Below, piece after piece: positions 1 through 13,996 of a stretch of 64,000 nucleotides of DNA. The number at the start of each line of letters is the position of its first letter. Positions within the stretch are counted from its first letter, which is position 1. The position numbers and the translations under genes were made by a program. The notes under the pieces were generated by a model. It was not told where the DNA came from. It did not search any database and saw only the letters and a list, made by a program, of their open reading frames with translations. Source of the stretch: Octopus sinensis (Eukaryota). The stretch is from NCBI RefSeq assembly GCF_006345805.1, contig NC_043003.1, positions 75,454,001 through 75,518,000 on the forward strand, read 5' to 3'.

Positions 1-77
1 TCCACGGGCATATGGCGTAGTGGTTAAGAGAGCGGGCTACTAACCCGAAGATTCCGAGTTCGATTCTAAGCAGTGAC

Positions 78-290
<213 letters not shown>

Positions 291-335
291 GCAAACAACT
301 TAGGGATAAGAATCCAGGTTCGAAATTTCTCCAAG

Positions 336-379
336 ACACCTGGAGAGGGCTGGAGGGTATATTAGCCGAAAGGTTGTGT
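336..379 (+). ncRNA. Degenerate minimal type I hammerhead ribozyme (probably inactive)
   Basis: ACAC(336-339)-CTGGAGA-g-GGCTG...TAGCC-GAAA-GGTT-GTGT(376-379). Stem I ACAC/GTGT and stem II GGCTG/TAGCC pair. Core differs from CUGANGA at one position and stem III reads AGGT rather than palindromic ACGT. Confidence 0.45.
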
Positions 380-479
380 AAACAACAATCAAGATGAGGA
401 TAAAAATGTCCTCCAGTAGATATTCTGCCACTACCACATACTTACTCGTCTGTTATTTGAACATAACCATTTGAGCATG

Positions 480-755
480 TCACTGTAGGGATTTCTTCAC
501 CTCTGAAAATATGGGACTTTTGAGCGGTATGTTTTACTCGACTTGAAGAAAACTCTAACTTGGCCTCACCTGGAATGTCATTCGCCGTTTATCTTGATAT
601 GAGATCACCATGTCACGGTCATATGGTTGCAATGCATGTGCCTGATGTCCCCTTATTAGATGGGTAGTCATCATGCATATAAGAGGCTTCGTATAAATCT
701 CCCCATTGTCACTTTGATGGCATGTACTGCTCTCTCAATCAGTAATAATTATACC
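480..755 (-). mobile_element. SINE-like interspersed repeat, copy 1 of a diverged tandem pair
   Basis: Shares collinear blocks (CCTCACCT, ATCACCATGTCACG, ATGCATGTGCCTG, TTTGATGGC) with 790-1045. Confidence 0.6.
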
Positions 756-789
756 CGATGCACTACAAGGCGTGGCTTTCATGGTTTCT

Positions 790-1045
790 GAAAATTGGGC
801 GTTTCGTTCATCCTCCTTAAAGACACCTTAATCAGGGATGGGCTACTTGTCCTGAAGAAAATTCTAAATGGACCTCACCTACAAGTTCATGCACTGTTAA
901 TTTTCATATGAAATCACCATGTCACGCGCACATGGTTAAGATGCATGTGCCTGGTGTACACTATATCAGACACGTAGTCATGTTAGGTATATTGGGTTTC
1001 GTATATTAGTAAACTACTGTCTCTTTGATGGCCTGCATTGCTCTC
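790..1045 (-). mobile_element. SINE-like interspersed repeat, copy 2 of the pair
   Basis: Collinear diverged copy of 480-755, ending in a (CT)n tract. Confidence 0.6.
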
Positions 1046-1084
1046 TCTCTCTCTCTCTCTCTCTCTGCCTCTCGATAATAATAA

Positions 1085-2250
1085 TAATCAAAGGAATATT
1101 AACAGAGACTGAAATTGGTGTTGAAGAAAAAGTTAAGAGGTAGGAATAATATGCTGAATGCCAATACATGGACCATTACAACCCTAAACTATAGCGCTAG
1201 TGTGATAGGTTGGAAAAGTAATTAAAGAATATGACAGACATTGCAGGAAAATTATGACACTACAAGGGGCTCTACACTTTAATACTGATTAAGACGAGTT
1301 GTATCTATCGCGACAGAGAGGAAGAAGACTTCTCATCGGCTTTGAAATGTGTGTGACATCCGAGGAAAATAATCTGGATTTTTGTGTAAAGAATTGAAAA
1401 GAGAGATTGATGGCAGAATTAAGAAATATAAAAGTCCTAAGCAATGCTGAATCAAAGGAAAGGGGAGAATTTAAATAAGACAGATAGAATGACACCATGA
1501 AAGGCTGGTAAAGGTTTAAAATATGCAGGAAAATGCCTGAAAATTTGACGAAGGTAAGATCTGGGACTAGACTAGAAAAAGCGATTTGTTAGTTGAAAGG
1601 GAAACTCATAACTTCACAGCCTAAGAACAGAAACTAAGAATGAGCTGTATCAAGTACAAAACGTACAAGTCAGTGACCTCCCTACTTTGTAAATTGTGTA
1701 GTGAGAAAGGCGAAACATTAAACCAGATTGGCACTGAATGTAAGACGCATGCAAAAAAAAAGAGAGTACAAGAGAAGGCACGACAATATTGCCAGAGTGT
1801 TTTAATGGAAACTCCGTCATAAGTATGACATAAGCAAAATGAGGAATGGTATGAGAAACAATGGAAAGGTTTGCTGAAAACGAATAATATAAGTTCTTGT
1901 GGGACATGACCATCCAGTGGGACCATTTTATTGTGGCTTGAAAACGTGACATTGGCGTAGGAAAGAAGATGAATAAAGCAATTATTGTGATAATTGTTTC
2001 GCCACTGGACCACAATGTGAATGAGAAGGGAAGTGAGAAATTTGAGAAATACCAGGAGTGGAAAAGAAATCAGCAAACTATGGAAAATTTTCAAAGTTGC
2101 GCCCTGGGAGCTGTTAGGAAAAAGTTCGATGCATGGCTTAAGAAAACAGGAGCTGCCATCAGGACGAGACTGTTGCTGAAGTGCTGTCAGTTGGGGCTGT
2201 CTGTTATACGATTATAGCGACGAATCAAATCTGGGAGCACACGTTCTGTG
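1085..2250 (+). mobile_element. 5'-truncated, degenerate R4/Dong-clade non-LTR retrotransposon (RT thumb, CCHC-like finger, restriction-like endonuclease)
   Basis: Plus frames give NTWTITTLNYSASVIGW, KIMTLQGALHFNTD*DELYLSRQRGRRLLIGFEMCV, CKLCSEKGETLNQIGTEC, KFLWDMTIQWDH..KRDI and IVSPLDHNVNEKGSEKFEKYQE. This is the typical order for RLE-type LINE C-termini; many stops and frameshifts. Confidence 0.85.
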
Positions 2251-2988
2251 CCTTGGCATTGCTGAACTGTGGAAATATATCGAACTGCTGTTATTATATG
2301 TGTGATCTCGATTCAGAACACAGGCTACACAATCGTGATTATTTCCTTTGAATGAGTAGAAAAGGCATTTTCTGTAACTTGGCTGTAGTGGACGAGATTG
2401 TATGCTTGACAAAGCTGCAAGGATGCGAAAGACTTTCATTTTGTGTACGTACTTCACCAACGTTTTCAAGTTTTACTTGAATATAAGGGGAAAGTAGCTA
2501 GGGAACTACTGTATTTCAATGACTTTCTTGAAAGTTGGGTGAGAGACATGGAAATATAAGCCAGTATGTTGAAAATCAGAAATTGGAGGAACGATCCCCG
2601 TTCTTGCTCAGGAAGCGCATCTACGGTGGGTTTTTACGATTGGCCTCATAGCCTTGTCTTTCCTAATGCAGGCAATTTTTACTTAAACTATAAATTGTTA
2701 TCTTATTTGATTCTATGCTAAGATCCCAACATGAGATGTATATAACGTAGTAGTCATCCGCCACCATAATAGCGAAGGCAACTGGGTTTAGGACCGAGAG
2801 CTAACAGAATAGATAATGCATCAGAGAAAACAGAGCGGCATTCCTTAGGAGCTTTAAGATCTGATTTCAATTTTGGCTTTGCCTTTCAAAGGTACGGATG
2901 GATGAAATGGGAAATAGATGGACATTGTCGATGGCATTTAATTACCCCCTCTCCTGAAACATGCCCTGTGGTTAAAACTACGAAAGAT

Positions 2989-3075
2989 TATTGTTATTGT
3001 TGTTGTTGTTGTTGTTGCTGCTGTTGTTGTACTTGTTGTTTTTTGCTGCTGGTGCTACTGCTGCTGATATTGTTG
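2989..3075. repeat. (TGT/TGC)n microsatellite
   Basis: Directly visible. Confidence 0.9.
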
Positions 3076-3330
3076 TTGATAAGGCGGCGACCTGTCAGAA
3101 ATTTTGGCACGCTGTGAAAACTTCTCTGCGTCACTTAGGCAGTTTTTATGTTCTGAATTTAAATGCTGGTGTGGTCGGCTTCGCTTTTCGTACATCGGGA
3201 TATATCAAATAAATACCAATACAGCTCTATCCCTGGCCTAGCATCAAAATTTGAAATTATTGTTGTTGATTTTGCTGCTGTTGATGTTTTTATTGTTCTT
3301 CTTGTTATCTGTGTGTGTCTGGGCGTATGT

Positions 3331-3379
<49 letters not shown>

Positions 3380-3718
3380 TGTGTGTGTGTGCGTGTGTGT
3401 GTATGTACAAGTGTATAGAAATCGAACGCTGAAATAAATCCTTTCGGATTGAATATTGAAACAGGATAGTATAGAAAAAATATAACATAAGTATCATGTA
3501 TCATCGCTGGCATTTTGAATAATGTACGTCACATTCTCCATTTCAAGGGACTCGTTCAATAACTCTAGCAAAAATATCCAATCACTCTAAATCCAGTATG
3601 CAACAAAAACATTCATTTCCTTGCAGTACACATGAGCATGCATATATGAGCATACATACAGACACACGCACGTGCAGAAACATACACACATATACACGCA
3701 ATATATGTAGAGAGATAC

Positions 3719-3753
<35 letters not shown>

Positions 3754-4687
3754 ATAATGTATACATATGCATATATACATATATAGACATACATAATTCA
3801 AAATTATATGGATATATGATATGATATGGGATGTGTGTCTTCCTGTCTGTGTATGTATATAGGTATGTATACAGACCTTTAAATACTTATATATATATAT
3901 ACATCGATAGCTATACGCACACATACTCTCACACACACATATATATGCAAATGTATATACAGATATGACAGATATATGTATTTATGAATATATGTATGTA
4001 TGTATGTATGTATGTACGTATGGATGCATGCATAATGTATATTACGTATAATTCTATGCGTTCGTCGCGTGTGTGTGTACTGAAGCGCCTTTATTAAGTA
4101 TACGTGTCAGTTTGTGAATCAGTTTATTTCAGTCTTTTATATTATATGTATAACAAACCTTTAAATCTCAACATTGTATAAATGAATGAATTTTCTGTCT
4201 TTGATGTCTTCTCAAATTCTATAGATTACCGAACAAGAATTGTACGCTTTGTAGAATGTAAATCGATTATTTTCGTAGATTTTTATTCTGTATTTATTTT
4301 ATTTAACGTATAGAATGATATCATGCAATTCGCATATATTTGAAAAATATCAAAATAAACGCATATATTCCTTTGTTAGATGCCTTACATTTTTAATGTA
4401 GCTATTTTTATAGTTTTCGTGTTGTTGTTTTCATATTATTGTTGTTGATTTTGCTATTGCAACCCTTGTTTTCTGCGTTCACTTTTTGTTTTCTTTTTTT
4501 AATTTGTCTTATTTATACATTCATTCACTGCAGGACAAAAGTGGAAAGAAATTCGGAATAAATGCGCGTATAAGTGAGTGGGTAAGTTTGTAGTCCTTAT
4601 ATATGTATCTATATAAGTATATGTCAATATGTATATATATACATATGTATATAAATACATAAACGTAGAGAGAGATGGGTAGATAGA

Positions 4688-5463
<776 letters not shown>

Positions 5464-6666
5464 TACTGACCTTATAGCTTCAGATTTACAATCTTCATTG
5501 AATAAAGGCATTTGTGGGCGCCTGTGCACATATGTACGAGCGACACTTCTTTCTGTATCCGTGCCCTTGTCTCACTGCCTTTCCGATTGCCACTCTTGAT
5601 CTATGTTGATATAAACACGTGTGTGTGTGTGTTTGTGTGCGTGTATGCTTGGTGTCTGTGTGTGTATGTATATGTATAAAAGCCCTACTTGAATATTGGG
5701 AAGGGAATCAGAATGGCGTGCTGGACCATTTCATTGATAATTTTATGAAACTGAAAAGTGAACTTTCGACGCTATTTCTCGTCGTCACGCATTTATACAT
5801 ACACACACACATACACACACACACAGAGACACACACACACACATGCATTTACACATTTACATATACAGAAACAGTATTCGTCTCAAGAAAGCAACTCTTA
5901 TTAACATATAGAGTTAAACACTTAAAAATATACCAGTAGCAGGCGGTCACCTTCCAGCAACGGCGATGATACAGCTGTTGTAATGGAAGCCGCACGCAAG
6001 CACGAAATCGGCCACCACTGATATATTTCAATAGATTTTTCGCTCTTTCTTACTTTTTGTAAAAGAGTAGCTGTTTCCTTTTTTGCCTGAATGATTGTCC
6101 CATAGTACTCTGCATGCTATAAAAAGATTTGATGGTTACTGTCCTGTCCTAGTATGAAACTTTCAGTGACGCAGATATAAATCCGGTGTTTGATAAATTA
6201 TACTTTTCGTTCACTGGGTGGAGACCTTTCCCTTTTTCATTTATTTTTGTAATCATATCGTCAGCCATTCAGTAATCTGCCTTTCTCTCCTTGTCTCTCT
6301 CCCTATCTCTCTCTCCTGCATGCCAGTGCCCTTCAAATTGCAATAACTGCATTTCGAGCGATCTTCAAAGATCATTTTGATTAATGTTGGGGATTGATGC
6401 ACTGGGAATCATAAGAACCACTTTAACTTAAAGAAGAAAAAAACACTACTGATTAAATATTAAGTTAAGCAAAATATATTTTTGATTTTGTTTCTTTGGG
6501 AAATATGACGTAGACGCGCGCGCACACTCACACTAAAACATACTCGGACAATCATAAGCATACAAATAGATACACATACATATATATATCCACACATACA
6601 TACGTACACACACTTATATATATATATGTATATACATACGTACATACAGACACACACACGCATATG

Positions 6667-6705
<39 letters not shown>

Positions 6706-7521
6706 ATATATATATAATTCTTGTATTGTTATACTTCTTTCAGTTATTTGACTGCGACTATGCTGAAGCACCGCCTAAGACAGTATAGACAATACTTAAT
6801 GGAGTATATGTTATGTTCAGAACATTATTATTGAAGAGCTTAGATATTCTGAAGAACCGAATGCTCTCCTATATTGGTTATAATTTCGGTATCTCAGAAG
6901 CACTGAAAGTATACGGTTGATGTCAGGTTGATTAGTGCATAGGTATCAAAACTCAATGATACAAGCTGACGTATAACTAAAATAGAATACATCTGCCTAA
7001 ACGTATAGTTATGCATGAAGTTATCTACAGATAAGTATATGTAATACTGCATACAAACGCGCACATGCTAGAATCATTAAATGACTAATGCAACATACTA
7101 ATATAACATTGGTGGCTGTATTGACACTTGCACGAATACACATACATATAATACGGTGCAAGTAAACTTTAGTTCATACATTCATGCATATCTACGACTG
7201 AATGCATTAATACCGCCATATTTTAGAATTGTTACCCAGAACATATAAGAGAGAGAGAGAGAGAGTTGAGGGTATAGGTGATAGAGAGGGCAAACAATAA
7301 ATAGAGAAGTAGAAAGACGGAGGAAGGGAGGGTTGGGGTTCATATGGATGGATGTTAAATATATATATATATATATGCATGAGTATGCGTGAGTGTATAT
7401 GTGTATGTATGCATGCATGCATGTATTTATATATGTAGATACGCGCATATAATGTGTGTGCATATATATATATGTATACACACACATATATATATAAAGA
7501 TTAACACACGCACACACGTAA

Positions 7522-7578
<57 letters not shown>

Positions 7579-8689
7579 ATAATATGTAAAAATATTTGTG
7601 TGTGAAATCATGCATACATGAATATATTCTGTAGCATATGTGTGGCGTGGTTCCTTATATGCATGATATATATATATATAGATATGGATGAATGGATTGT
7701 TAATGTGTCGTAGTTTGAGTTAGAATGTACATCATAGTGTTTGTATGCGCTGACATCTATTAATCTTTTAAGTGTAGGCGTTTTCCATTATATAATTATT
7801 CGAGTATAAACATACGCGTGTTTGTGCATCTCTGATATTGCATCGTCTTTAAACAAGAAATTTTGAAAATTCATGTTGAAAATTTCCCATAATCATTGCC
7901 CTTTTTTGGTTGCATTACATCGCCTTGAAATTCACGATCACCATTTTAACAAATGCACCAACCCACTCAGGAAAAACCATTTTCTCAATTTCTTTTTTTC
8001 TTTTTTTTTTACTGATTTCCCTACTATAGATTTTCTCATATCTACATATATGTTTGTTTTTTTCTTTAGAGCTTTCGTAATACAACAGCGTTTTCCATTA
8101 CACATACTTGTCCTTCCACGCGTTAGTATATGCGCATTTACGCGCTATACATTTATATGTGCACATATCGTTTAAGCATACATCTGCGTATAAACAAGCT
8201 AGCAGATATATACAAATATATAAGTGTTTTTGCGTATGTGTGTGCTTGCGCATGTGGAAGAAAATAGTGTTATATATGGCCTATTCGTGCTCTTCTTCTT
8301 GTATATATGCGCTTGGGATAAGTAAGTATATGCCTCAATACTCACGTCTGTCTACATGTATCCGTCTCTATAGTTATGTATATACATACATTCCCTTGCG
8401 TATATGTAAGTATAATATCTTGTGTGTGTCTCTAAATTTGCATGTACTGAAATATATATGCCCCCACCCTTTTTTTTGAGCATGTATGTTCGTGCGCTAT
8501 GCAATGATGATGTATGCATGCTTTTCAAATAATAACATATATATGCATAATTTTGATGTAGATAAATTTCGTATAAATAATGCATTACATTACATAAGTG
8601 AATTTTCATATCTATGCACTTAATTCAAAATTTTCACGATACACCACATGCATGGATGTTTGGTGGGGAAGTTTTCTTTGAAAACACGT

Positions 8690-8790
8690 TCCACTGCGCA
8701 GGAGAATGGGCAAGTGCCTTCTTCTATATCCCCGAGCCGCCCAGTGCCATGTGGGCAGATTTGGTAGATGGAAACTATCAGACAATATAT
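8690..8790 (+). mobile_element. Internal fragment of the SINE family at 13997/14505/17473
   Basis: TGGGCAAGTGCCTTCTTCTATA...GATTTGGTAGATGGAAACT aligns with the bodies of the other copies in the window. Confidence 0.65.
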
Positions 8791-9031
8791 GAATTTAAGT
8801 AATTTAATTTATATCCACTTTCTGTATATTTTCAGCCCACATACACACACACACACACACACACACAGTGTATATATACTGATATATATTCAAATATAAA
8901 TACAAATATAAAAATGTGTGTATATGTGTGTGTGCGTGTGTACAAATATTCTCAAAACGTTTTATGCTTTACCCAGTATATATGGTTTTATTTCGAAGTG
9001 ATCTTGTAGCGACATGCTTTAAGAAATGATG

Positions 9032-9158
9032 AGGGGTGCCTCACTGGAAGCAGTGTTCTATGCGGCAGACATCGGTCCAGAACTTCTGTGGGCTGATGCT
9101 ATTGCTAGATAAACCTTCCACCTCCGTGCTTGAAGACCAATGACAGTGAGGCACCCCT
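9032..9158. repeat. 127-bp segment bounded by a perfect 15-bp inverted repeat (mini-MITE or hairpin)
   Basis: AGGGGTGCCTCACTG (9032-9046) is the reverse complement of CAGTGAGGCACCCCT (9144-9158). Confidence 0.6.
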
Positions 9159-10061
9159 TCACTTTTCTGTGAAACCTCTGTCTAATAGCAGACCACTGAG
9201 ATATAAAGCCAAATATGCGGGGAAAGGCATAGGACAGTCAGGGAGTTTTTGTTTGCGCTCGAGGTCATAGCTTTCTCTCTCTCTCTTTCTATATATATAA
9301 TCAAAATAATTGAGATTCAGGTGAGTTAGGTACTTAAGTCGAGGCACCGAAAATTAGTTCGGTAATATCCGTAAAATTTCAAAATAATGTGAATAAAATC
9401 GAAATTAGAAACAGAATATCTAGAGGCGATGCAGAACGAAAGTTACAAGCGGCTCCATTTCATTGAACAATGCAAAAATTTCATCATTTTAAATGCCGAG
9501 CTACTTTGGCTGCATAAATAAATAAATATAATCCAATCAGTCGGACAAATTTGTATAATTGTACTTGTGTCCTCTAAGAGGGTAAGAAGACAGACAAAGT
9601 CCACGTTGTTTTCACTTAAGCTTAGAAGCTACTGAGACATCAGGAAAAAATAAATTTTAGGGTTCTAGCTTGTCACTGATCTTTAGTTCGGTTTTGATTT
9701 ACAGTCTTAGTTTAACAAATCTTATATATCAAAATCTAAGACAATAGAGTAATGTTTGTTAGGAAAGGACATGATGGAGATTACAGAATCATAGTGGGTA
9801 TAGTCATAAAACTTGTCAATATTACTTTGAAGTAGTATAAAGTAACTGGCTATAATGAGGTTAGGTAAAGGAAGATCTTAAATCAAGATGTTAATTCCAG
9901 TTAAAGGGGAAAGACTCTAATAAAAGCAATGATGATAATACATGGGAAATATTTAAACAATAATGTTATATTGTATAAAGATAAAATTTAGGGTTATCAA
10001 AAAATATTAAGAAAATATTGTAACCAAAATCATAAATTTTTTAATAATTTTGAGCATATAC

Positions 10062-10470
10062 CAAACTTTACAACAATAGAGAGACAGTGTGTTTGTAGTA
10101 GATGGTGATAGTGAGAGCGGTGTGGTGTATATTGAACGAAATATCGAGAAATGCGACAGAAGTGTTGGCATTAGTACAGGAGAATTCGAGGGTAGGGTGG
10201 AAAGATAGGATAAAAGAGAGGAAGGAATCTAATTCTTCGCGTGAGAGTAAGGAATCTAATTCGTCGCGCGAGAGCAAGGTCGAAACGATACAATCATCAT
10301 TATAACGACTGTATAGTCCGGGAGTTCGAGCAGAGAATCGTGAGAATATTTGGTCCTCAAGTCGTCAACGAACAGGTTCGCATAGTTTGGGAGCATTCTC
10401 GTTCACATGACTACACCCGAGTTTGTTGGTAAAGGTTCCCAGTGAACAAGTACCAACAAATTTTAATCAA
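10062..10470 (-). mobile_element. Penelope-like element reverse transcriptase fragment
   Basis: Minus strand YQQTR, NYANLFV, LYSRYNDDCIV (YxDD at 10293-10304) and SFHPTLEFS..SVAFLDISF..TIYYKHT. Contains an in-frame 27-bp tandem duplication (10222-10275). Confidence 0.85.
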
Positions 10471-10483
10471 TATGTTTTGATCC

Positions 10484-10514
<31 letters not shown>

Positions 10515-11206
10515 ATATATTATATATATATATTATATATATATATATATATATATCTGAAATTATAAATGTTCCAATCAGCTTTGCATCAGTAAGTTGC
10601 GAAAATCGTTTTGCCGGAAACCAGCCATTTTTGTAAGTCAGGTCAACAAAGGCAGAGATATATATTTCATAGAAACGCAAGAGTAAAAGCACTAAGTCTG
10701 TATGCAAAATACCTATTTTGCAAGCCCCAGTTTTATCTTACGTTGAAAAATATCCTGGTTACCATACCATTCGCACTTATCATCGCATTTCCTCAAACAC
10801 GAAGACCTCCATCGACAAAAGAGTTTTATCATTCTGCAAATGAAATAATAAATAAATTCCACATACTTACATATACACATACGCATGTGTCTATGTTTTA
10901 TATATATATATCCTTCGAAATGTATACGTTATTTCCCTAAACATTTAATCTCCATTTTCTCTTCATTCCATTAATATAATACATATAATTTTCATACCAC
11001 GTACCATAAAATTGTTCCTTTCAGAAAATTATACGTAATTGATTGAGATTTCTGAAATAACAATTATTCATCGCTGCTAATAGATATCAGCAAATACATT
11101 CTCAGTTTAATAGAAAGAGGGAAAGCCTTAAGAAATAATCAATAATATATGCTTTTGAAATGTGATAACACCAAAAGGATAGCACTATCTCCATTACTTT
11201 TTTTTA

Positions 11207-11303
<97 letters not shown>

Positions 11304-11984
11304 TGTGTGTGTGTGTGGTGTGTGTGTGTGTGTGTGTGTGTATAAGATATACTCGAAATATTGTTCAGGTGAGAAAAGCAGCAGCTGAACATTTCTTGCT
11401 ATTGTTATGATGGCGATGTTTATTTCCTGTAAAGAGTTTATGGAAATCCACATACAAATGTTTTATCATGAAATGCAAGATATACCAATATTTCCAACAA
11501 CTAGCAAGTAAACATCAGTAGAAATACGAGGGTTGGCTCAAATGTTCATTGGCTGGCTATGAAGGAGTGATGAGAATATGTGAAATACAAATCTTAATAA
11601 CTGCATTGTTTTGCTTTTTTTTTCCCAGTGAAATATATCTGACTATTCAAAGATCTCAAATGTAACTAGTAACGACTTCTGTTGAAACTGGAGAAAATTT
11701 GAAAACGTGGTTTTATGAAGTACTTGTATAAAAGGCGGTTTAGCCGCCTACTATTAGAGCACCCTCGCTGACTATGGCTTAAAAAGTAGATATCAAACAG
11801 CCCTGCCCTAACAAGAACAGGCCCTTAAACTAGACCTTGGGAAGATATCATTTAAGCTTCCTCTTTTTCCTTGAATATTAAAACTAATGTGAAAAATACT
11901 AGTCTCTGACAGATAATTCTTCTACAGCCAAATATATAAAACTTCAATAGACATTCCGTGAAAGTGTGTCTATAGCAGTGATGT

Positions 11985-12150
11985 TAATTTAGCACGAAAG
12001 GGAAAATGTTTAGTGGTACTCCGTCTGTACTTACGTTCTGAGTTCAAATTCCGTCGACGTGGGTTTTGCCTTTCATCGTTTCAAGGTCGATAAAATAAGT
12101 AGATGTTGAGCAAGAAATTGCTGGGTTTGTGCCGAAATTTGAAATATAAC
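11985..12150 (+). mobile_element. tRNA-derived SINE (family of the 54255 and 57495 copies)
   Basis: TACGTTCTGAGTTCAAATTCCG...TTTGCCTTTCATC...GTCGATAAAATAAG matches the reverse complement of the 54.3 and 57.6 kb copies. Confidence 0.75.
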
Positions 12151-12178
12151 TAACATCGTTTTACGTAAGTAAATTTTG

Positions 12179-12366
12179 TCCCCACCTTTCAGCAAAGTAA
12201 CATAATTAAACAGCAATTTCCTTTGAAGCGTGTGAGGCAATAAAATCACTCAAATATGGCAAGTCTTTATTGGAATCCGGTGGAGCCGCCCAGTGAATCT
12301 TGCTGAAGCTTTAACGTAGTTGTTCATAAATTTTTCCACCTTCTACGGTGTATCATTTCATAGGAA

Positions 12367-12412
<46 letters not shown>

Positions 12413-12613
12413 ATATATACATATATTCATATGAAATGATACACCGTAGAAGGTGGAAAAATTTATGAACAACTACGTTAAAGCTTCAGCAAGATTCACT
12501 GGGCGGCTCCACCGGATTCCAATAAAGACTTGCCATATTTGAGTGATTTTATTGCCTCACACGCTTCAAAGGAAATTGCTGTTTAATTATGTTACTTTGC
12601 TGAAAGGTGGGGA
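12179..12613. repeat. Perfect palindrome: 184-bp identical arms around a (TA)n core
   Basis: 12179-12362 is the exact reverse complement of 12430-12613; the centre is TA-rich with a mismatch at 12363/12429. Confidence 0.95.
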
Positions 12614-12615
12614 TG

Positions 12616-12674
<59 letters not shown>

Positions 12675-12689
12675 CTGTACCATATTTAA

Positions 12690-12960
12690 GGAAAGTGTTT
12701 GTTCAAGACAGATGGGGAACTTTTACCATTGTTGGTTTCAACATAAAGTGAAAGAAATGGTGGGGGCTGGACAAATTATTCTGCTGGGTTATATTTTTAG
12801 GTTTTCGTAGTCTTCGTATCGTTAGAAGAGGAGTTGTATATTAATTTATCAGTTAAGTCATTATTGCCTAATGTATTGTTGTAGTAGGGGGTTGCCTTCT
12901 CGAAAATTTCTTTAGAGGAGATGTTGGATATTCTGTTGATAATGTTGGATATCAGGTATT
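12690..12960 (-). mobile_element. Penelope-like element fragment (RT thumb/linker)
   Basis: Minus strand NIINRISNISSKEIFEKATPYYNNTL and FVQPPPF..VETNNGK..LNKHF resemble the PLE linker (SS..EIF..A.PYYN; WFNPPF..V.TNIGK.FL..IDKHF). Confidence 0.7.
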
Positions 12961-13489
12961 TTAAGCACTATGAGTGGTAACAAGACTCAGTAAACTGTGT
13001 TTTTCTTTAGTTCGTTTATTATACATTTACTTATTTACTGGTAGCTGGTTCTGTACAGGATATCGTGATTTGGAATGATATTAAATGGAGTACGGCTCAT
13101 TTGTTATATAGGTAACAAGGGCGCGCTGAAGAGTACCTGGCTTTAACCCATATATATATCTGGTCGTGTTTCCGCAACGCAAAACCTGCTCCTACTTGTT
13201 TGGATATGAACTCGCCGGGAAGCATCTGACTGAGCATACAGGATGTTCAGTAGATAATCTAAATACAATGAAATTTTAAGATTTCTTTTATTCTTTTCAT
13301 AGGCATATATTTGTTGAGGTTATTGTGAAAGGGCGGGTTGGACGCCTGACATTTCAAGTCCTTTTACAGAGATTAGAAAAAAAAAACCGAAGGACCGCTG
13401 CAATCTGAGAGGGGAGTACGTCCAATAAAATCATGATTAACTCATCTTCCTGTATTTTTGTTTATTCAGGATGTATTCAGCACGCCCAC

Positions 13490-13531
<42 letters not shown>

Positions 13532-13996
13532 TATCATAGTTTTAAATTTGAAACATCTGAACCTGTCGTTACTCAATTCACATCTCTCTTCGAATTTATA
13601 GCTTTACAAATTATCCCTACCAAACTGCCTATCATCATTCTTCTATAGCTGAACCATCTATCCGAAAATCTCATATTGTGAAGATGTAAAAGAACAATAA
13701 TGATTGCTCGACTTCCGTAATTTAAATTATGAATCACATAGCAAATACTTTTAATTTTCCAACAAAAGGAAAAGGAAATGTGATCGTGACATAGAAATCG
13801 ATACCACATGTAGGCTATTGCTGTCGTGGGTAGTTGTGTAAAGCATGATTCGCAATCAATTTATGGTCGTTAATTCGAGAGAAGACAACGGCATCGAAAA
13901 TTTGTGCATCCGTATTTGGATTTGTATGCACTGCCTGACTCGCTGTGTCATTGATTCATATATGCTGAATACGATTTTGCTTTGTGCTCATGCAGA

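Noticed and set aside
6-77. tRNA-Ser(ACT) gene
   Set aside because: Acceptor stem does not pair, T-stem has two mismatches, and it runs into a microsatellite; this is a SINE head.
5925-6025. GC-rich 100-bp patch as a possible exon
   Set aside because: All three minus frames are open, splice signals are weak and no peptide is recognisable.
8614-8802. 62-aa protein-looking ORF
   Set aside because: Its core aligns with the SINE body present at 14.1, 14.8 and 17.6 kb.
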